DNA of 64,000 bases. It comes from Thermoplasmata archaeon (GTDB lineage Archaea > Thermoplasmatota > Thermoplasmata > Lutacidiplasmatales > UBA184). Under the pieces are notes generated by a model. It saw only the letters and a program-made list of their open reading frames with translations. It was not told the origin of the DNA and did no database searches. The position numbers and the translations under genes were made by a program. Every line of letters starts with the position of its first letter. Within the stretch, counting starts at the first letter, position 1. The stretch lies in NCBI GenBank assembly GCA_022749995.1, contig JAKIWO010000001.1, positions 90,330 through 154,329 on the forward strand, in the 5' to 3' direction. Shown here piece by piece: positions 59,499 to 64,000 of this stretch.

Positions 59499-60440
59499 AT
59501 GGCCGCGCAGGAGCCGGTGCATCATCGACTCGTCATCGTCGGGAGCGGCCCGGCGGGCCTCACCGCGGCGATCTACGCGGCGCGGGCCGAGCTCGCCCCG
59601 CTCGTCATCGCCGGGGTCCCGGCCGGCGGGCAGCTGATGCTCACGAGCGACGTGGAGAACTATCCCGGATTCCCCGAAGGGATCCTGGGACCGGAGCTGA
59701 TGGACAAGTTCCGGGCGCAGGCGGCGCGGTTCGGCACCACGTTCTGGGACGCGCACGTGCGTGCGGTCCGCTTTGACCGCCACCCGTTCGAGCTCGACGC
59801 CGGTTCTTCGGGCACGGTGCTCGCTGACGCCGTGATCCTGGCCACGGGCGCCAACGCCCGGTGGCTCGACCTGCCCTCGGAACAGCGGCTGCGGGGTAAG
59901 GGGGTCTCGGCGTGCGCGACCTGCGACGGATTCTTCTTCAAAGGTCAGGCGCTCGCGGTCGTCGGCGGGGGCGACTCGGCGATGGAGGAAGCGACCTTTC
60001 TCACCAAGTTCGCGAGCCGCGTGACGGTGATCCACCGCCGGCAGGAGCTGCGGGCGAGTCGCATACTGGAGGCCCGTGCGCGCGCCAACCCGAAGATCGA
60101 TTGGCGTCTTTCCAGCGAGGTGGTCGATGTGCTCGGTGCGGACCGCGTGGAAGGGGTTCGGGTTCATGATGACCGAACGGGCGCGGTGGAGACGCTACCC
60201 GTGGGAGGCCTCTTCGTGGCCATCGGCCATGACCCGGCGACCGAGGTCTTCCGCGGCGTGCTCGACCTGGACGAGCGCGGCTACGTGCGCACGCACGAGA
60301 TCACCCGGACGAGTATCGAAGGAGTGTTCGCGGCCGGCGACGTCTACGACCACCGGTACCGCCAGGCCGTCTCGGCGGCGGGACTCGGATGCATGGCCGC
60401 GCTGGACGCGGAAAAGTGGCTCACCCACCAGTCCGAGTAG
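59499..60440 (+). CDS. trxB: Thioredoxin-disulfide reductase
   Basis: GSGPAG, the redox site CATCDG, GGGDSAMEEA, and GVFAAGDV. Confidence 0.95.
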   Translation: MAAQEPVHHRLVIVGSGPAGLTAAIYAARAELAPLVIAGVPAGGQLMLTSDVENYPGFPEGILGPELMDKFRAQAARFGTTFWDAHVRAVRFDRHPFELDAGSSGTVLADAVILATGANARWLDLPSEQRLRGKGVSACATCDGFFFKGQALAVVGGGDSAMEEATFLTKFASRVTVIHRRQELRASRILEARARANPKIDWRLSSEVVDVLGADRVEGVRVHDDRTGAVETLPVGGLFVAIGHDPATEVFRGVLDLDERGYVRTHEITRTSIEGVFAAGDVYDHRYRQAVSAAGLGCMAALDAEKWLTHQSE

Positions 60441-60471
60441 GGCAGGGGCCGAGCGCTCGATCCTGGGCTCC

Positions 60472-61062
60472 CTAGGGGAGCGGAGCCAAAGGACCTCGGG
60501 TCTTCGAGGGATGCGTTGAATCCAGCGGGCGACGGTACGCGAGGTACACTCCGAAACTCCGGCCCACGAGCAGACCCGTGCTCACCGCGAAGAGCGCGTT
60601 GACGACCTGAAGGATCACGAGGGCCCCGGTCGAGAGAGAGCCGGTGACCGGCGCGAACTCGAGCACTCCCGGCCCGAGCACGGCTACCGAGACCCCGATC
60701 CGCGCGAAGAAGAGCAGGAGGTAGGCGAGCGGGATCCACGGCTCGAGCCGATCGTACAGCGCCGGGGAGGGCGGGCGGCGCTCGAACCGGACATGGCGGA
60801 GGACGTACTGGGTCGAGAGGAAGGAGGAAAGGACCAGCAGCCCGAGGTCGAGCCCCACGAAGTACAGCGGCGACTGCGCGGCTCCGACACCGACGGTGAA
60901 TGCAAACAGCAGCACCACCAGGCCGGCGGTGGCGAACAGCCGCGCAGGATTCACCACCGTCCCGCGGATCATGAGGTAGATCCGGCGAACGAGAATGAGG
61001 CTCACCAGCACGAGGACGATGATCGCCGTCGGCTCTGCGGAGGATGGGGGCGGTCCGCTCAC
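60472..61062 (-). CDS. Hypothetical integral membrane protein (5-6 TM)
   Basis: Consistently hydrophobic segments. No family motif was recognised. Confidence 0.6.
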   Translation of the reverse strand: MSGPPPSSAEPTAIIVLVLVSLILVRRIYLMIRGTVVNPARLFATAGLVVLLFAFTVGVGAAQSPLYFVGLDLGLLVLSSFLSTQYVLRHVRFERRPPSPALYDRLEPWIPLAYLLLFFARIGVSVAVLGPGVLEFAPVTGSLSTGALVILQVVNALFAVSTGLLVGRSFGVYLAYRRPLDSTHPSKTRGPLAPLP

Positions 61063-61267
61063 CCCTGTCTCCGCCGGGCCCCGCCTGCTCTGACGCCTAG
61101 GGCGTGCGTCCGCTCCGTGCTCCCTCGGGTTGGCGGCTGGGGTCGCTGACGTCCGCTCCTACGCCCGACCCACCGGGCGTATCGGTGCCCGGTCGGAGCG
61201 CCGTGCTGCCTCGGGTCCCGTGGGAACATTTCTCGTCGAGACCGTCGCTCGGAAGTCTTTAAGTGGG

Positions 61268-61492
61268 ATGGGGGCGGTCCAACGCGGAGGCCCCCGGTTG
61301 CCCCCCTCCAAGCGCAGCCTGCACATCGAGTCGAGCGGCCAGCTCTGCATTTATTGCGGGGCGTGCGTCGGGATCTGCCCGCTGAATTGCATCTACCTGG
61401 ACGAGACACGGATCACCTTCGACGAGACGGTCTGCACGCGCTGCGAGATCTGCGTGAAGGCCTGCCCCGTCGGGGCGATCGCGATCGGCTAG
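61268..61492 (+). CDS. 2x[4Fe-4S] ferredoxin
   Basis: CIYCGACVGICP and CTRCEICVKACP. It lies immediately upstream of geranylgeranyl reductase. Confidence 0.8.
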   Translation: MGAVQRGGPRLPPSKRSLHIESSGQLCIYCGACVGICPLNCIYLDETRITFDETVCTRCEICVKACPVGAIAIG

Positions 61493-61500
61493 GCCCCCCC

Positions 61501-62688
61501 ATGGAAACCGTACGCACGGACGTGCTCGTCGTCGGCGCCGGGCCGGCCGGCTCGATGACCGCCAAGTGGGCGGCCAAGCACGGCGCCAAAGTGCTGATGA
61601 TCGAGAAGCGCCAGGAGATCGGCTCCCCGGTCCGCTGCGGCGAGGGGATGAGCAAGGACTGGCTCGAGGAGGTCGGCATCCGCCCCGGCAAGTGGATCAA
61701 TGTCGAGGTGGAGGGCGCCCGGATCTACTCTCCCAGCGAGAAGTGCCTCGAGATCAACGAAAAGCACGCCGGCAACGAGGTGGGCTACGTCGTCGAGCGG
61801 GACGGCTTTGACAAGGCGCTCGCCATCGATGCGGCCAACGCCGGCGTGGATGTGTGGCTCAAGACCGCCGCGACCGCCATTCTCAAGGAGAACGGCACGG
61901 TCGTCGGTGTCAAGGCCAAGCGATTCGGCGAGCCGCTCGAGATCCGCGCGACGGTCACCATCGGCGCCGACGGCTTCGAGAGCCAGGTAGGCCGCTGGGC
62001 GGGCCTTCCGACCAACTTGCAGCTGCGGGACATGGACACGTGCCTGCAGTACCGGATGACCAACGTCGAGAGCGACGTCCGCTACTGCGACTTCTATCTC
62101 GGTACCTGTGCGCCCGGCGGCTACGTCTGGATCTTCCCGAAGGACGAGGGGCTCGCCAACGTCGGGATCGGCGTGCAGGTCAGCAAGGTCCAGAGCCCGG
62201 CCGATGCCAAGTCCTACCTCGACCGGTGGATCGACAAACACCCGGGCTACGCCAAGGGCAAGAAGATCGACATGGTCGGCGGCGGTGTCTCGATTTCGCC
62301 CCCGATCAAGCAGTCGGTGACCGACGGCTTCCTCCTCGTCGGCGACGCCGCGCGGATGATCGACCCGCTCACCGGCGGGGGGATCGCCAACGGCTGCATC
62401 GCCGGCAAGATCGCCGGGGAGGTGGCGGCCAAGGCCGCGATCGCGGGGGCGGCGCCCCGCAGCGTGCTCGAGGTCTACGACCGGGCGTGGCGGCTGCGCC
62501 TGGAGGAGAAGCTGTACCGCAACTGGCTCGCCAAAGAGAAGCTCTGCTCGCTCTCCGACGAAACCTTCGACAAGGTGGTCGACGCGCTCCAGGGCGTCAA
62601 GCTCGAGAAGCTCACCGTCCACAACATCCTCAAGGCCGTGCACACCAAGTACCCCGAAGTCACGCGCGAGTTCGAGGCGTTCCTCTAG
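61501..62688 (+). CDS. Digeranylgeranylglycerophospholipid (geranylgeranyl) reductase
   Basis: DVLVVGAGPAGS, RCGEG, YVWIFPK, and LVGDAARMIDPLTGGGI. Confidence 0.95.
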   Translation: METVRTDVLVVGAGPAGSMTAKWAAKHGAKVLMIEKRQEIGSPVRCGEGMSKDWLEEVGIRPGKWINVEVEGARIYSPSEKCLEINEKHAGNEVGYVVERDGFDKALAIDAANAGVDVWLKTAATAILKENGTVVGVKAKRFGEPLEIRATVTIGADGFESQVGRWAGLPTNLQLRDMDTCLQYRMTNVESDVRYCDFYLGTCAPGGYVWIFPKDEGLANVGIGVQVSKVQSPADAKSYLDRWIDKHPGYAKGKKIDMVGGGVSISPPIKQSVTDGFLLVGDAARMIDPLTGGGIANGCIAGKIAGEVAAKAAIAGAAPRSVLEVYDRAWRLRLEEKLYRNWLAKEKLCSLSDETFDKVVDALQGVKLEKLTVHNILKAVHTKYPEVTREFEAFL

Positions 62689-62691
62689 ACC

Positions 62692-63318
62692 ATGCCCGGG
62701 GCGCCGAACAAGCCGCCGGATTCCGCCGCGGCGGTTCCGGCGCCTCCTACCGATTCCACCGCGAAGCTCCTGCGGCGCCTGGTGCCGAGCCGCATCGCGC
62801 TCCGTCTCGACAGCTGGCGGCAGCCGCTCTCCCCCGAGCTGCTCGGCCCCTACCTCGAGGCGGAGGCTTGCCTCGGCCGGGGCGATATCGAACTGGCGTC
62901 CGGGTGCCTGGACCAGCTCGCGATCCGGTTCGCCGAGCCGCGCTGGCCCACGCTGCCCGCGCCGTTCCAAGTGCTCCAAGTACAGGTCGTGCGGCCGCAA
63001 CCGCCCCACTGGGATCCCGATCACGGGGTGACTCCGGAAGAGAAGGCGACGCGCAAGGCACGACGCGCGCTCGAGGGGCACGCCGGCCTCGTGAAGGCGG
63101 CGCTCGAACTCGAGACCCGCAAGGGAACTCCCACCGCCGACTTGGCCGAACTCGCCGCGGCGGTCGAGGCGGCGCTCGCCGCCGGGGAGACGGAAGCGTT
63201 CTGGTCGGCGGCCGACCGCATCTGGGCGGCGCTGCGCGATCGCGTGCCCGTGCCGGCGGCGCCCGCCCGGGCAGCGAGCGCTCCCCGTGAGCCGGAAGCC
63301 GGTGACGCCCCCGCGTAG
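62692..63318 (+). CDS. Hypothetical protein
   Basis: An ORF 3 nt after the GGR stop with a plausible helical sequence. No motif was recognised. Confidence 0.45.
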   Translation: MPGAPNKPPDSAAAVPAPPTDSTAKLLRRLVPSRIALRLDSWRQPLSPELLGPYLEAEACLGRGDIELASGCLDQLAIRFAEPRWPTLPAPFQVLQVQVVRPQPPHWDPDHGVTPEEKATRKARRALEGHAGLVKAALELETRKGTPTADLAELAAAVEAALAAGETEAFWSAADRIWAALRDRVPVPAAPARAASAPREPEAGDAPA

Positions 63319-63991
63319 GCGCTCGGACCGCGGGGGGGCGGCCGAGCTCGAAGGATTCTTCGCCGGCGTTCAACACGAGCTGTCGGTCGCGCGCCGGGAG
63401 GGCCACGCCTTCCCGGGAGCGGAGCGGGATCTCGATCACGCCCGACGACTGTTGTCGCGTGGAATCTGGCGCGAGGCCGAGTCGGTGCTGTTGCGCCTCG
63501 ACTCCGAGCTCAAGGACCGCGCTCCGCCGGACCGCGTCCTCGAGCCGCCGCGCGGCCTGGTCGGCTACACGCCGAGCGGAGGCCCGGCGGAGAGCCCGCC
63601 CCTCGATGTCGAACGACTGCGCAACCGGATGGAGCTCGTCGGACGTCTGCTGGGCTTCGGCGTGCGCAGCGACGCCGAGATCCTTCGCGCCCGGCGCGCG
63701 CTCGCGCAGGCGCAGACCGAACTCGCCGCGGGCCGGTTCGCCGAGGCGAAGGAGCAGGTGGACCGCGCGCACGCGCTGGTCGAGCCGGAGTCGACTAGCG
63801 TTATCCCGCCAGCTCCCCCTGCGGACGGCGCATGGGGCCCAGGTTCGGGACCTTCTCGATCGTTGCGGCGGACCCGGAAACGGACACCTGGGGCGTTGCC
63901 GTCCAGTCCAAGTTCATCTCCGTCGGAGCCGTCGTCCCCTGGGCCGAAGCGAAAGTCGGCGCCCTCGCGACGCAAGCGCACGCCAACGTGA
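63287..63991 (+). CDS. Hypothetical protein; the 3' third is doubtful
   Basis: The first approx. 165 aa read as helical protein. The last approx. 55 codons are Ser/Pro/Arg junk overlapping the DUF1028-like gene and its TATA-like box. Confidence 0.3.
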   Translation: MSRKPVTPPRRRSDRGGAAELEGFFAGVQHELSVARREGHAFPGAERDLDHARRLLSRGIWREAESVLLRLDSELKDRAPPDRVLEPPRGLVGYTPSGGPAESPPLDVERLRNRMELVGRLLGFGVRSDAEILRARRALAQAQTELAAGRFAEAKEQVDRAHALVEPESTSVIPPAPPADGAWGPGSGPSRSLRRTRKRTPGALPSSPSSSPSEPSSPGPKRKSAPSRRKRTPT

Positions 63992-64000
63992 CGTACGGCC
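63832..64000 (+). CDS. DUF1028-family (Ntn-hydrolase-like) protein, 5' fragment running off the window
   Basis: [52 protein letters not shown] matches the typical DUF1028 N-terminus (TFSIVA.D ... GVAV.S). Confidence 0.7.
   Translation, partial: MGPRFGTFSIVAADPETDTWGVAVQSKFISVGAVVPWAEAKVGALATQAHANVTYG

Overview
This is a 64-kb segment of a very G+C-rich archaeal chromosome. Archaeal hallmarks read from the translations: RadA, the L7Ae-S28e-L24e-Ndk cluster, RNase P protein Pop5, an archaeal-type SRP (7S) RNA, type-2 methionine aminopeptidase, archaeal-type TyrRS, and geranylgeranyl reductase with its ferredoxin. TATA-like boxes sit 25-55 nt upstream of many starts. GTG/TTG starts and 4-nt ATGA/GTGA stop-start overlaps are frequent. 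The lineage cannot be fixed without a database search. Most of the window is housekeeping: purH, purC, glyA, tyrS, ndk, map, trxA/trxB, mutY, hutH, malic enzyme and a split MetE. Accessory modules are a WtpABC-type tungstate/molybdate transporter with a ModE-like regulator, a NiSOD plus SodX protease pair, an arsR-arsM-arsC-aquaporin operon, an ABC-2 exporter and a GDE-type glucosidase. The most unusual region is 37223-39759. It is a 2.5-kb lower-G+C insertion bounded by 18-nt imperfect inverted repeats and a perfect 11-bp direct repeat, with no recognisable transposase. It carries a translationally coupled pair, an unknown 335-aa protein plus an insert-bearing PIN-like protein, which I flag as the best candidate for an undescribed toxin/defence-type system. 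Other second-look items: a HerA/DUF87-like ATPase with a nuclease-like C-terminus next to a 2H phosphoesterase; a Cas4-family nuclease split into two ORFs with a transmembrane helix on each side of the break; two 80-bp copies of a rod-like hairpin element; a DppB-type permease fused to a large extracellular beta-propeller with no binding protein or ATPase nearby; and an orphan CARF/Csa3-like regulator next to a glycerate-kinase homologue with substituted motifs. Caveats: every homology call comes from reading the supplied translations against remembered family motifs, and no search or folding was run. Start codons are approximate. At this G+C level long antisense shadow ORFs are abundant and were discarded.
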